IMG/VR virus record: IMGVR_UViG_3300043775_001610
Span: 32,001 to 96,000 of that record
Length of the DNA: 64,000 bases
Reading direction: 5' to 3' (one strand)
From: a virus
Position numbers and translations under genes: made by a program. Positions 40,349 to 50,393 of the stretch are shown piece after piece. Each line of letters begins with the position of its first letter. The first letter of the stretch is position 1. The notes below the pieces were generated by a model. The model did no database searches and was not told the origin of the DNA. It saw only the letters and a list, made by a program, of their open reading frames with translations.

Positions 40349-40776
40349 ATAACAAGATACATAAAGTATTAAGTCATTCAAGATCTAAAGACCAGATGGT
40401 TGCTTGGTGCTATCCAGATAAAAAGAGATTGCTATACTCTTATTCACAAGTTTTAAAAACTATGGAGAATGCATACTCAACTAGTCAGGTAGCTCAAATG
40501 CTTGGTAAGCATAAGGTTACTATAGAAGATTATATTTTGGACGGCAAGATAAGATATCCTCAGAAAGTATATCCAATAGGTAATCCAGATAGTACATGGT
40601 ATAAGTTTATGTATAGTGAATCGGACATTATGGACATTCATGAGTTTATATTAGAATCAGGGTATTCTAATAATATGCCTTCAAAAAATGAGATGAAGGC
40701 TCTTCTCAAACACAACACTATATTGTATACTAAGACAACAGAAGGGAACTTTGTGCCAGTATGGAAAGCAGAGTAG
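40294..40776 (+). CDS. HTH DNA-binding protein (MerR/excisionase-like)
   Basis: YSTSQVAQMLGKHKVTIEDYILDGKI. Confidence 0.7.
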   Translation: MDRKKRKQSAKSIRYFFLNNKIHKVLSHSRSKDQMVAWCYPDKKRLLYSYSQVLKTMENAYSTSQVAQMLGKHKVTIEDYILDGKIRYPQKVYPIGNPDSTWYKFMYSESDIMDIHEFILESGYSNNMPSKNEMKALLKHNTILYTKTTEGNFVPVWKAE

Positions 40777-40883
40777 CACCAGCAAGAGTTGTAGTATGTG
40801 AAATATGTAAAAAAGAATTAGTAGTGCGTTGGGGCATTTTTGCCCATGACACTTTAAGCAGACATAGAAAGGCGGAGCACTAA
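40761..40883 (+). CDS. 40-aa C2H2 zinc-finger protein (not in ORF track)
   Basis: MESRVAPARVVVCEICKKELVVRWGIFAHDTLSRHRKAEH; TAATG coupling to next gene. Confidence 0.6.
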   Translation: MESRVAPARVVVCEICKKELVVRWGIFAHDTLSRHRKAEH

Positions 40884-41092
40884 TGGAAAAAGGAACTCAA
40901 GTTAGAGTAGATCTATCTTTTACACGCAACCTTGGAAACTTTGAAAGCATTAAGATTGGTATCGGAGTTGACGACTTTGTTAGAGAAGGCGAAACAGTAG
41001 ATGCCGCAGCAGATCGAGTCTATAAGTTTGTAGAAGATAAGCTAATTCAAAAGACACAAGAAGTAGAAGAGGAATTGCGTGGCAGTAAATAA
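40883..41092 (+). CDS. Hypothetical protein
   Basis: TRNLGNFESIKI motif; coupled ORF. Confidence 0.6.
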   Translation: MEKGTQVRVDLSFTRNLGNFESIKIGIGVDDFVREGETVDAAADRVYKFVEDKLIQKTQEVEEELRGSK

Positions 41093-41393
41093 AGAACCCT
41101 ACATCCTACTTTCTTTGTATTCTAATTTATATGAGGAGGCTTATAAGTCAAAGCCAACCATCAATAGGTACAAGGAGAAGTGGGCGATGCAAGATGTTAT
41201 AGACAGCATAGGGTTTGACAGAGCTAAAGAAGTTTTAGAGTATTATTTTAAAACTGGAAAGAATAGGCACCCGCTAAATTTCTTTTACAACAACTTTGAT
41301 CGAATAGAGGATATGATGATTCAGATTAAAGAAGATAGAATTAACAGAAGCCGTCTGTTGCAAGAGACTAAAAGAATGGTTGAGGATAATTAG
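41079..41393 (+). CDS. Hypothetical protein, possible helicase loader
   Basis: Directly upstream of DnaB. Confidence 0.45.
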   Translation: MAVNKEPYILLSLYSNLYEEAYKSKPTINRYKEKWAMQDVIDSIGFDRAKEVLEYYFKTGKNRHPLNFFYNNFDRIEDMMIQIKEDRINRSRLLQETKRMVEDN

Positions 41394-42628
41394 TGAATAC
41401 AGAAGCAGAACTAATTTCAGCAGTTTGTAAAAACAAAGACATAAGCACCATTCTTGCAGATAATTCAGACGACCTATTTGTATCTCATAAAGATATCTGG
41501 GAAGGCCTCAAGTCATACTATTATAAGTTTAGGGCAGTTCCAGAGGCTGGAATTTTGCAGGATAAGTTTAAAGACTTTGAGCCAGTTGAAACAAAAGGGG
41601 AGACTGGATACTATTTAGACAAACTAAAAAATGAATTTGTTGGCAACAAGCTAAAGACAATTCTTATGCAGGCTGGCTCATCTCTGAAAGAAGATGCACC
41701 ATCTAGAGTGCTTGGAACAATGCAGTCTCAACTAGCAAACTTAAGTAGATACACTAATAATGTTAAAGACTTAGATATCACAGACCTTGACTCAGCTGAA
41801 AGACACTATGAGTCAGTTAAAACTAGATCTCTAGCAATGGGAGGAAGCCCAGGAATTTTAACTGGCTTTGAAGCTATAGATAAGGCCTACCCAACTGGTA
41901 TGGCTCCAGGTCACCTCATTGTTGCAATTGGATGGCCAGGACGAGGAAAGACATGGTTCACATCTTATTTAGCATGCAAAGCTTGGGAGCAAGGGTTTAA
42001 GCCAATGATTGTTTCTCTTGAAATGGCTCCAGAAAATATGCGAGATCGAATTTACACAATGTTAGGATCTGGATTATTTAGAGCCAGCGATCTTTCTAAG
42101 GGTGATATTAACATTGATGATTTTAAAACTTGGGGAAAGAAAAAAACCGAAGGTAAGAATAGTTTTATCCTTGTCTCAAATGAAGGTGCTGGAGAAGTAA
42201 CACCAGCAACTATTCAAGGAAAGATCGATCAACATAAACCAGATCTAGTTATCCTTGACTACCATCAGCTGTTCAATGATAATAAGAGAAGTAATTCTGA
42301 AGTTGAAAGAAATAGAAATATCTCAAGAGACTTCAAACTCCTTGCCGTAACAAATGGAATTCCTATTATTGATATCACTGCTGCAACTGCAGATGATATC
42401 TCAGATCAAAAGGAACCCCCAATGATGAGTCAGGTTGCATGGTCAAAAGCCATTGAGTATGATGCTGATATGGCTATTGCAATTCATAAGCATGCTAATA
42501 CAGATCTTATTGAGGTTGTCTCTAGAAAGAATAGACATGGACATGACTTTAGGTTCTTCCTTGACTGGGATATAAATAGGGGAGTAATTACTCCAATCTA
42601 TGAAGACCTTCCAGAGCTGAGCAAGTGA
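41393..42628 (+). CDS. dnaB: DnaB-like replicative helicase
   Basis: GWPGRGKT Walker A, SLEM, VILDY, IEYDAD, KNRHG. Confidence 0.9.
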   Translation: MNTEAELISAVCKNKDISTILADNSDDLFVSHKDIWEGLKSYYYKFRAVPEAGILQDKFKDFEPVETKGETGYYLDKLKNEFVGNKLKTILMQAGSSLKEDAPSRVLGTMQSQLANLSRYTNNVKDLDITDLDSAERHYESVKTRSLAMGGSPGILTGFEAIDKAYPTGMAPGHLIVAIGWPGRGKTWFTSYLACKAWEQGFKPMIVSLEMAPENMRDRIYTMLGSGLFRASDLSKGDINIDDFKTWGKKKTEGKNSFILVSNEGAGEVTPATIQGKIDQHKPDLVILDYHQLFNDNKRSNSEVERNRNISRDFKLLAVTNGIPIIDITAATADDISDQKEPPMMSQVAWSKAIEYDADMAIAIHKHANTDLIEVVSRKNRHGHDFRFFLDWDINRGVITPIYEDLPELSK

Positions 42629-42915
42629 CCCATAAAAATATTAAAAGGTTTCAGATAAGAGTTGAGTTTTTAGATGATTCTGACATGATCAGAATTAAAA
42701 AACAATATGAAGATTTGCTTGTAAGCCAAATGAAAGATTCTGGATACGCCAGGGTACTTGACATAGACCCAGCTTTTTCGGTAGAATTTGACGGACAGAC
42801 ATGGAAGTTCTTAATGACTCTCCATGGAGTTTATGTAGGAAAGAAGAAGGCATGGCAATTAGAGGGTATGACACAAGGAAAGTTGATACAACGGAATATT
42901 CCCATGCCCACATAA
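42625..42915 (+). CDS. Hypothetical protein
   Basis: Coupled ORF between helicase and primase. Confidence 0.55.
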   Translation: MTHKNIKRFQIRVEFLDDSDMIRIKKQYEDLLVSQMKDSGYARVLDIDPAFSVEFDGQTWKFLMTLHGVYVGKKKAWQLEGMTQGKLIQRNIPMPT

Positions 42916-43841
42916 GGTCAATAGTACAAGGCCTAGGAATAGATATGGTTGGAGAAACATCCAACGACTTTTTAGCATACTGCCCATTTCATTCAAATAG
43001 ACACACATCAAGCTTTAGTATAAGTAAAACAAAGGGTGCCTACATTTGTTTTAACCCTTCTTGCGGTGAGGCTGGAACCTTAAGCGATCTAGTAAAAAAG
43101 ATTTTAAACAAAAATGAATTTCAGTCTTTAAGATATATTGAATCAAAGCAGTCTGAGTCGCTAGAAAATTTTGATGAATCATTAAAGGATATCTTAGAAG
43201 ATAAGCCAGACTTTATTGAATTTCCAGCAGACAAATTGATTAACTTGCATAATGGATTAATTAACAGCAACAAAGCTCAGGAATATTTAAAGTCTCGTGG
43301 TATTGATTTAGATTCAATTAAACATTTTTCATTAGGATATTCAGAAAATATGGACATGATAACTGTTCCAGTTCATAGTCCAGACGGAATAGCCGTAGGT
43401 GTTGTTGGAAGATCTATTTCTGATAAGAGGTTTAAGAATAGCAAAGACCTTCCAAGAAGTAAGACTATGTTTAATATACACCGTGCTAAAAAAATTGGAG
43501 ATAGGGTTATTGTTGTAGAGTCCAGTTTTGATGCAATTCGTGTTCACCAAGCTGGATTTCCAAATGTTGTTGCTACGCTTGGTGGTCATATATCTGGACA
43601 AAACCTTAGTCTATTGAATAGATATTTTAATACAGTTATTATTATGACAGATGCAGACAAGGCGGGGAGAGATTTAGGCTCAACAATTGCATATAAACTA
43701 AGTAACAAAAACATCTTGTGGGCATCGCATTCTTATGGTAGAATATATCCAGAGGGTGTAAAAGATGCAGGTGATATGTCTGATGAAGATATTAAAGCCT
43801 GTATAACAAATGCCATATCTAATTTCGAATACAGAACTTAA
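42852..43841 (+). CDS. dnaG: DNA primase
   Basis: CPFH...C zinc finger; TOPRIM VES..D and DAD; start likely ATG 42852. Confidence 0.9.
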   Translation: MAIRGYDTRKVDTTEYSHAHIRSIVQGLGIDMVGETSNDFLAYCPFHSNRHTSSFSISKTKGAYICFNPSCGEAGTLSDLVKKILNKNEFQSLRYIESKQSESLENFDESLKDILEDKPDFIEFPADKLINLHNGLINSNKAQEYLKSRGIDLDSIKHFSLGYSENMDMITVPVHSPDGIAVGVVGRSISDKRFKNSKDLPRSKTMFNIHRAKKIGDRVIVVESSFDAIRVHQAGFPNVVATLGGHISGQNLSLLNRYFNTVIIMTDADKAGRDLGSTIAYKLSNKNILWASHSYGRIYPEGVKDAGDMSDEDIKACITNAISNFEYRT

Positions 43842-43893
43842 AAAATACGTGGTTACAAACGGATATATACCGTTACATACATAAGGAGAAAAA

Positions 43894-44568
43894 ATGGGAA
43901 TAGTAAAAGGTTTGTCAGGAATGACAAAAGCAATGGACAAGGTTACATACACTAGTTCAGAAGATAGCAAGGCAAAATGGTTAAAGATTGAAGATGGAGA
44001 AGCTGTCAAGATTCGCTTCTTACAAGAGCTTGATCCAGATTCACCACACTATAATGAAAAAATGGGTTGCGGATTTTTTGCAATTGAGCACACGAACCCT
44101 AAAGATTACCGCCGTAAGGCATTAGATACAATGGAAGATGAAGGCCGTGACTGGGCTCAAGAGCAGCACCGCAAGGATCCAAAGGCTGGATGGGGTGCAA
44201 GAAAGCGTCTCTACATTAATGTTCTAGTCGATGACGGAAAGACTGAGCCATATGTAGCAATTCTTTCTCAGGGAGTAAGTGGTAAAACAATTACACCAAC
44301 ACTGATTGAGTATGCAAATGAAATGGGAAGTATAACAAACCTAATGTGGCGTGTAAAGCGCAGTGGTCTTAAGACAGACACAAGCTATACTATTATCCCT
44401 TTGGCTAAAGATGAAAAGCCATTTGACTTTTCTGCTGTTGAGCTTTTTGATTTAGAAAAGACAGCAGTGCGTAGTGTTCCATACGCAGAGCAGGAAGCAT
44501 TTTATACTGGTGAGTCAGCTCCAGAAGAGCGAGATTCATCTTCAACAAGTAGCAGCGTCGACTGGTAA
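43894..44568 (+). CDS. Phage ssDNA-binding protein (gp32-like)
   Basis: KIRFL, LYINVLV, TSYTIIP, acidic tail; between primase and polymerase. Confidence 0.6.
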   Translation: MGIVKGLSGMTKAMDKVTYTSSEDSKAKWLKIEDGEAVKIRFLQELDPDSPHYNEKMGCGFFAIEHTNPKDYRRKALDTMEDEGRDWAQEQHRKDPKAGWGARKRLYINVLVDDGKTEPYVAILSQGVSGKTITPTLIEYANEMGSITNLMWRVKRSGLKTDTSYTIIPLAKDEKPFDFSAVELFDLEKTAVRSVPYAEQEAFYTGESAPEERDSSSTSSSVDW

Positions 44569-44593
44569 CAGAGAGTATAGGCGGAGAATTAAG

Positions 44594-47500
44594 TTGAACT
44601 TCACACATTTGCATGTGCATTCTTTCTATTCATTAATGGATGGGCTTAATTCTCCTGCCGAACTTGTAAAGGCTGCTAAAGAGGCTGGTCAAACTTTCTT
44701 GGCAATTACTGATCATGGAACATTATCTTCTCACCGTGAAATGCAAATAGCATGCAAAGAGCAAGGAATCAAGCCGATACTTGGCGTTGAAGCATATATT
44801 TCACCGACAGATAGATTTGATAGATCTTCAAAAACTGATAAATCTATTCAGGCTTACAATCATATTATTCTTTTAGCTAAAAATAAAAAGGGTCTAGAGA
44901 ATATAAACACACTCCAAGAGCTTGCTTGGACAGAAGGCTTTTATCACAAGCCAAGAATTGACAGAGAGGTTTTAAACGATTATGCAGAAGGTATTATTGT
45001 ATTGTCTGGATGTCTTAACGGTCTTATTTCTAAGGCTATTGAAAAAGGCGAGTTCTCTGAAGCTAAAATGGTTCTCAAAGATTTTCAGAAAACTTTTGGT
45101 AAAGACTTTTATGTTGAGGTTCAATCTCACAACCCCGAAGAAATAAACTCAAAGCTGCTTGAATTTGCAGATGAGTTGGGAATCAAGGCGGTGGCAACAG
45201 GTGATGCCCACTTCGCTAAAGAAGAAGATAGAGTTTTAGAAGAAGCAATGCTTATTCTATCAACATCTCCTAAATCAGATAAAGATGCTGACTTTGATAT
45301 ATCTAGACAAATGCCAAACATGATAGACAGATTTAATTATCTCTATCCAGACCGTAGAATATCGTTTCAAGACTATAATCTATTTATTCAAAGCAGGTCT
45401 GAAATTGAGGCGGACTTTAATAAAGTAGGCATTACTCGTACAGATATATATGATAATACAATGGAAATTGCTAATAAGATTGGTGAGTATGACTTCCATG
45501 AGGGCCTAGATCTGCTGCCTATCCCAAAGACCAATGCTGATAAGAAACTGTCTGATATGGCCTTAGAAGGCCTTAAAAGACTATCTCTTGACAAAGATCA
45601 GGTCTACTTAGATAGAATTGCAGAAGAGTTATCTATAATTAAAGATAAGGCATTTGCCTCATATTTCCTAGTTGTAGCAGATATGATTACATGGGCTAAA
45701 TCAAATAATATTATGGTTGGTCCAGGTCGTGGTTCTGCAGCAGGCTCATTAGTTTGCTATGCTCTTGGAATTACGGATGTAGATCCAATTAAATATGATT
45801 TACTTTTCTTTAGATTTATTAACCCTGAGCGTAATGACTTCCCAGACATTGATACAGATTTTGAAGACCGCCGACGTAAAGAAGTAAAAGATTATTTAAA
45901 GAAGAAGTTTAAACACGTTGCATCTATTTCCACATTTACTTATTTTAAAGATAAGGGTGTTATTAGAGATGCTGCTAGAGTGTTTATGGTTCCTCTTTCA
46001 GATGTTAATCGTGCAATGAAATCTATCGATACGTTTGAAGATTTTATGGATTCACCAAACACAAAAGAGTTCAGAGCAAAGTACCCAGAGGTGACTTGGC
46101 TTGCGGAAAGGCTTCGTGGAAAGATTCGAAGTGTTGGAGTGCATGCTGCAGGTGTTGTCGTAGCAAAAGATGATTTAAGAAAGTATGCACCAATAGAGTC
46201 TAGAGCCGATGCAAATGATGAGGTATCTGGAAGAATTCCAGTCGTGGCATACGATATGGATACGGTTGCAGATATAGGTCTTATTAAGCTAGATGCCCTA
46301 GGTCTTAAGACTTTATCTGTGATCTCAGATACATTAAAATCAGTTAAGGATAGACACGGTAAAGAAATTGATCTTTACTCCATACCACTTGACGATCAAA
46401 AAGTTTACAAGATGTTTAATGATGGATATACAAAGGGTGTTTTCCAAGCAGAAGCAACACCATACACAAACCTTCTAATCAAAATGCAGGTAGATAAGTT
46501 TGAAGATCTTGCAGCATCCAATGCTCTGGTTAGACCAGGTGCAATGAATACTGTCGGTGCTTCATATATTAAGCGTAAGCATGGAAATGAAGCAGTTAAC
46601 TATATCCACCCAATTATGAAACCATTTACAGAAAACACATATGGGGTTATTATTTATCAAGAGCAGGTTATGCAAGCATGCGTACACCTTGGAGGAATGA
46701 CTTGGTCAGAAGCTGATAAGGTTAGAAAGGTTATTGGTAAAAAGCAAGATGCAAAGGAACTCAGTCCGTTCAAAGATAAGTTTATTCAAGGCGCTAAAAA
46801 GCATATCAGCTCCGATGAAGCAGAAAGTCTCTGGAAAACATTCGAAGCTCACGCTGGATACTCATTCAATCGTAGTCACGCTGTCGCTTATTCTATGCTT
46901 TCTTATTATACCGCTTGGCTTAAGTGCTATTATCCTTTGGAATTTTTATTCTCGATCCTTAAGAATGAAGGAGACAAGGACGCCAGAACAGGTTATTTGA
47001 TTGAGGCTAAAAGGCTTGGTATTAAAGTTAAGCTGCCACATGTAAATGAATCAGATGTAAACTTTTCACTACAAAAAGATTCAATTAGATTTGGTTTAGC
47101 TGAAGTTAAATTTATTTCAGACAGCATTGCAAATAAAATTATTGAAAAGAGACCGTATGAAAACTATAAAGATTTTGTTGACAAAGCATCCAAAAAGGGT
47201 AGCGGCATTAACTCTAGGGCCGTTAATTCTCTCAATGCTATTGGGGGTGCTGCTTTTGATGATAATCCTAGAAGCGGTAAAGAAGGAGAGTCTTATTACG
47301 AATTTTTAGGAATACCTTCGTTTAATCTTTCTAACTTAGAGCCAAGGGTCAAGGCACAAGCTAGACCTATTGATGAGTTTGAAGAGCTAGGATCGTTTGT
47401 TATGTTTGGTATGGCTAAAAGCATAAAGCGTGGGAATGGTTGGTCACGAATAGAACTTGTTGATGAAAGTGGATCAGTTGGGCTGTTCGATATTGAGCAG

Positions 47501-47863
47501 ACAAAAATAGAAACAAACAAAATGTATTTTGTTTTAGTTGGAGACAATAGAATATCTAGATATATAGATGTAGATTCTATTACCAAAGATTCAGATGATC
47601 CATTTGTAAAGTATTTATATGCAAAGTCTTACCCTATTGACGAAAATCAAAGGTTTGTGATAAGCTATACTCCATATAAAACAAAAGCTGGAAAAACCAT
47701 GGCTCACCTTGTAATGTCAGATAAAGATAAGAATCTAAATAGAGCAATTGTATTTTCAAGCATGTATCCGATTTCTTTGGCAAAAATGCGAGAGGGAATG
47801 ATATGCGAGCCAGTTCTAAAAACTTTAGAAGATGGAACACTTATGGTTAAGGAAGTAAAATGA
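44594..47863 (+). CDS. dnaE: DNA polymerase III alpha subunit
   Basis: PHP domain (HLHVHS, TDHG), GRGSAAGS, PDIDTD, YSFNRSH; TTG start after GGAG. Confidence 0.95.
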   Translation: MNFTHLHVHSFYSLMDGLNSPAELVKAAKEAGQTFLAITDHGTLSSHREMQIACKEQGIKPILGVEAYISPTDRFDRSSKTDKSIQAYNHIILLAKNKKGLENINTLQELAWTEGFYHKPRIDREVLNDYAEGIIVLSGCLNGLISKAIEKGEFSEAKMVLKDFQKTFGKDFYVEVQSHNPEEINSKLLEFADELGIKAVATGDAHFAKEEDRVLEEAMLILSTSPKSDKDADFDISRQMPNMIDRFNYLYPDRRISFQDYNLFIQSRSEIEADFNKVGITRTDIYDNTMEIANKIGEYDFHEGLDLLPIPKTNADKKLSDMALEGLKRLSLDKDQVYLDRIAEELSIIKDKAFASYFLVVADMITWAKSNNIMVGPGRGSAAGSLVCYALGITDVDPIKYDLLFFRFINPERNDFPDIDTDFEDRRRKEVKDYLKKKFKHVASISTFTYFKDKGVIRDAARVFMVPLSDVNRAMKSIDTFEDFMDSPNTKEFRAKYPEVTWLAERLRGKIRSVGVHAAGVVVAKDDLRKYAPIESRADANDEVSGRIPVVAYDMDTVADIGLIKLDALGLKTLSVISDTLKSVKDRHGKEIDLYSIPLDDQKVYKMFNDGYTKGVFQAEATPYTNLLIKMQVDKFEDLAASNALVRPGAMNTVGASYIKRKHGNEAVNYIHPIMKPFTENTYGVIIYQEQVMQACVHLGGMTWSEADKVRKVIGKKQDAKELSPFKDKFIQGAKKHISSDEAESLWKTFEAHAGYSFNRSHAVAYSMLSYYTAWLKCYYPLEFLFSILKNEGDKDARTGYLIEAKRLGIKVKLPHVNESDVNFSLQKDSIRFGLAEVKFISDSIANKIIEKRPYENYKDFVDKASKKGSGINSRAVNSLNAIGGAAFDDNPRSGKEGESYYEFLGIPSFNLSNLEPRVKAQARPIDEFEELGSFVMFGMAKSIKRGNGWSRIELVDESGSVGLFDIEQTKIETNKMYFVLVGDNRISRYIDVDSITKDSDDPFVKYLYAKSYPIDENQRFVISYTPYKTKAGKTMAHLVMSDKDKNLNRAIVFSSMYPISLAKMREGMICEPVLKTLEDGTLMVKEVK

Positions 47864-48084
47864 CATATAATGCAGAAGATGTATTTAAGACAATGAATGC
47901 CTCTAGAGTTTTAGTGGCTATATTAAGCAAGATGGGTTCTGTTGAAATATCAACTGAAGATTTTATAAAAAGTACTAATGACGATATGCAGCTTTCAGTT
48001 ACATACAATGATGAGTCACTATCTTTTGAGTTTAAGCTAGAGCCACTAGGATTTAAATCTGATTATGAATTGGCTAACGATTAA
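47860..48084 (+). CDS. Hypothetical protein
   Basis: Coupled ORF. Confidence 0.55.
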   Translation: MTYNAEDVFKTMNASRVLVAILSKMGSVEISTEDFIKSTNDDMQLSVTYNDESLSFEFKLEPLGFKSDYELAND

Positions 48085-48088
48085 TTAA

Positions 48089-49093
48089 ATGGACATTAAC
48101 CTAGATGATATTCTGGCAAAGCTGGACCCTAAAACTAGAGCAAGGGTTCAGTCTGCAGTCGATATTCAAATCGAAAAGCAGCCAACGCCAAGCATAGGTT
48201 TAAACTTTGCCTTGAATGGCGGATTTGCTTATGGACGACAGATATTGGTTTGGGGAAATAAGTCAGCAGGAAAATCTTCATTTTGCTTGCAAATGATAGC
48301 ACTTGCACAAAAAGAAGGTAAGACTTGTGCTTGGATTGATGCTGAGCATTCTTATGATCCAGAGTGGGCAGAAAAACTAGGAGTTAATTCAAAAGAACTA
48401 ATTTATTCTCCAGCTAAAACTGTTAATGACATGGTAGATGTTGCAACAAAGCTTATGGAAGCAGGAGTTGATTTAATAGTAGTTGATTCTATTTCAGCAT
48501 TACTACCAGCAATCTACTTTGAAAAAGATGGAAATGAAATGAAGGATTTGCAAGACACTAAGCAAATCGGCGCAGAAGCAAAGGATATGACTCACGCAGT
48601 CAAGATGTTAAATTATGCAAACAAAAACACACTACTTGTTCTCATCTCGCAACAGCGAAATCAATTTGGATCTATGCATGCTAGTCACATCCCAACAGGT
48701 GGCATGGCAGTCAAGTTCTTTTCTTCCACGGTCATCAAGCTCTGGTCTTCAGAAGCTGAGGCTAATGCTATTAAAGCTGGCATTAAGGTTGGCGACAAAA
48801 TTATTGAACAAAGAGTTGGGCGACCAGTTAATTGGATTGTTGATTACAACAAAGTCGGCCCCCCAAATTTATCAGGACAGTACGACTTTTACTACCAAGG
48901 GCAAGCTCTTGGTATAGATTATGTTGGAGAAACATTAGATGTTGCAGAAATGTGCGGCATTATTGAAAAGGGTGGAGCATGGTATACAGTAAATGGAGAA
49001 CGTTTTCAAGGACGTGCAAAGGCTGTAGCATATTTAAAGGAAAATCCAGATGTTGTAGACAGCTTAATAGGAGAAATAAATGCCAAACATTAA
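48089..49093 (+). CDS. recA: RecA-like recombinase
   Basis: GNKSAGKS, WIDAEH, VVDSISAL, GGAWY. Confidence 0.9.
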   Translation: MDINLDDILAKLDPKTRARVQSAVDIQIEKQPTPSIGLNFALNGGFAYGRQILVWGNKSAGKSSFCLQMIALAQKEGKTCAWIDAEHSYDPEWAEKLGVNSKELIYSPAKTVNDMVDVATKLMEAGVDLIVVDSISALLPAIYFEKDGNEMKDLQDTKQIGAEAKDMTHAVKMLNYANKNTLLVLISQQRNQFGSMHASHIPTGGMAVKFFSSTVIKLWSSEAEANAIKAGIKVGDKIIEQRVGRPVNWIVDYNKVGPPNLSGQYDFYYQGQALGIDYVGETLDVAEMCGIIEKGGAWYTVNGERFQGRAKAVAYLKENPDVVDSLIGEINAKH

Positions 49094-49271
49094 TGAGTTT
49101 TTTGGTTCAAAGAATGAAGAGCCTGTAGATAGCAGAGTTGAAAAGATAGAGCAGCAAAGACCATGCAGTAAATGTGAATTGTATGCTCCATATTATAATT
49201 TTAATCAGGCTACTTTAGAGATGTACTGGAAATGCCCATCTGGTCATGAGACAAAGCACAAGCTTAACTGA
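49080..49271 (+). CDS. Small zinc-binding protein
   Basis: CSKC...CPSGH. Confidence 0.55.
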   Translation: MPNINEFFGSKNEEPVDSRVEKIEQQRPCSKCELYAPYYNFNQATLEMYWKCPSGHETKHKLN

Positions 49272-49579
49272 TGTCAGAAAGAGCAGAAGTAAAAAGAGAT
49301 GGCGCCAAGGCACAGAAGAATAGTGGCCGTGGGGAATATCAAAAAGGTGATGCTAAGTGGAAAAATTTTGTAGTAGACTACAAAGAATCCAAAGCTTCAT
49401 TTAATTTAAATAAAGATGTATGGGCTAAAATCTGTACAGATACTTTTAAGGTTAGCAGGGACATGCATCCAGCCCTTAAAATTATTATTGGTGGGGATTC
49501 CAAGGTCCGTCTTGGAATCATAGAGTGGTCAGTACTAGAAGAACTGATCACATTTTGGGAGGAAAATAAAAATGGCTAA
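49271..49579 (+). CDS. PD-(D/E)xK Holliday junction resolvase-like nuclease
   Basis: E...SGRG..KGD...VDYK. Confidence 0.65.
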   Translation: MSERAEVKRDGAKAQKNSGRGEYQKGDAKWKNFVVDYKESKASFNLNKDVWAKICTDTFKVSRDMHPALKIIIGGDSKVRLGIIEWSVLEELITFWEENKNG

Positions 49580-49964
49580 TCCGATTATTACAATCGTTGG
49601 AAGAGTTGGCAGTGAACCAGAATCTGTTGGATCAAACGGTCTTAGATTCAGAGTTGCAACCAATGATCGTGTCAAGAATGATACTACTGGTGAGTGGGAA
49701 GACAAAAACACTTCATGGTGGACTGTCAAGGCTTGGCGTACCCTTGCAGATCAATCAAAGTCTGTGATTAAAAAGGGCATGGAAGTTATTATCGTTGGAA
49801 AGATTTATGAAGAAAACTGGACAGATAAGGATGGCGTTAAGAGAAGCTCATATGAAATTAACGCAGACTCAATCTCAGTAACAGCATACACGTTGTCTAA
49901 GGACAAGTCTCCAAGTAATAACGACTTCCCTTCATACAAGACATATGCTGAGGTTCCATTCTAA
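49572..49964 (+). CDS. ssb: Single-stranded DNA-binding protein
   Basis: OB fold FRVATN..VKAWR..KKGMEVIIVG; C-terminal EVPF. Confidence 0.9.
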   Translation: MANPIITIVGRVGSEPESVGSNGLRFRVATNDRVKNDTTGEWEDKNTSWWTVKAWRTLADQSKSVIKKGMEVIIVGKIYEENWTDKDGVKRSSYEINADSISVTAYTLSKDKSPSNNDFPSYKTYAEVPF

Positions 49965-50068
49965 TGCTATACTTTGTTTATGGAACCCTGTTTGGTTTTG
50001 TTGTTGGATATGGAGTCGGTCTATTAATGGATAAGTGGGATAAAAAGATTAAAAATGACAGAGGATAA
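49964..50068 (+). CDS. 34-aa single-TM membrane protein (not in ORF track)
   Basis: MLYFVYGTLFGFVVGYGVGLLMDKWDKKIKNDRG; TAATG coupling. Confidence 0.5.
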   Translation: MLYFVYGTLFGFVVGYGVGLLMDKWDKKIKNDRG

Positions 50069-50393
50069 GAATACATTAGAGTTAATTAATTCTATAACAG
50101 AGTTTAATGATCTACATGAGTATATGAACGATGCTCAGTTAGACAGAGCACTAGCTGTTATAGTAAAACTTTTATTAAATCCAGATGTACCTGCTGCAAA
50201 AGCTCCTCAACTTATTATTGAGCTTCAAGCTATGTCAACTAAGTTTGCTATGATGGCATCTTACTATTCAACAATAGCAAAAGATAAAGCGGGGACAATG
50301 AACAATAATAAGAAAAATATATATTATTCAGCAAAGGAGTCCATAGACAAACTTGTAGATGCACTTAAGTATGTCGTTAGGTATAATTTGTAA
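50055..50393 (+). CDS. Hypothetical protein
   Basis: Helical ORF in recombination block. Confidence 0.55.
   Translation: MTEDKNTLELINSITEFNDLHEYMNDAQLDRALAVIVKLLLNPDVPAAKAPQLIIELQAMSTKFAMMASYYSTIAKDKAGTMNNNKKNIYYSAKESIDKLVDALKYVVRYNL

Noticed and set aside
44474-44593. N-terminal extension of DnaE in the ORF track
   Set aside because: Overlaps the SSB gene; the PHP motif starts right after TTG 44594, which has a GGAG RBS
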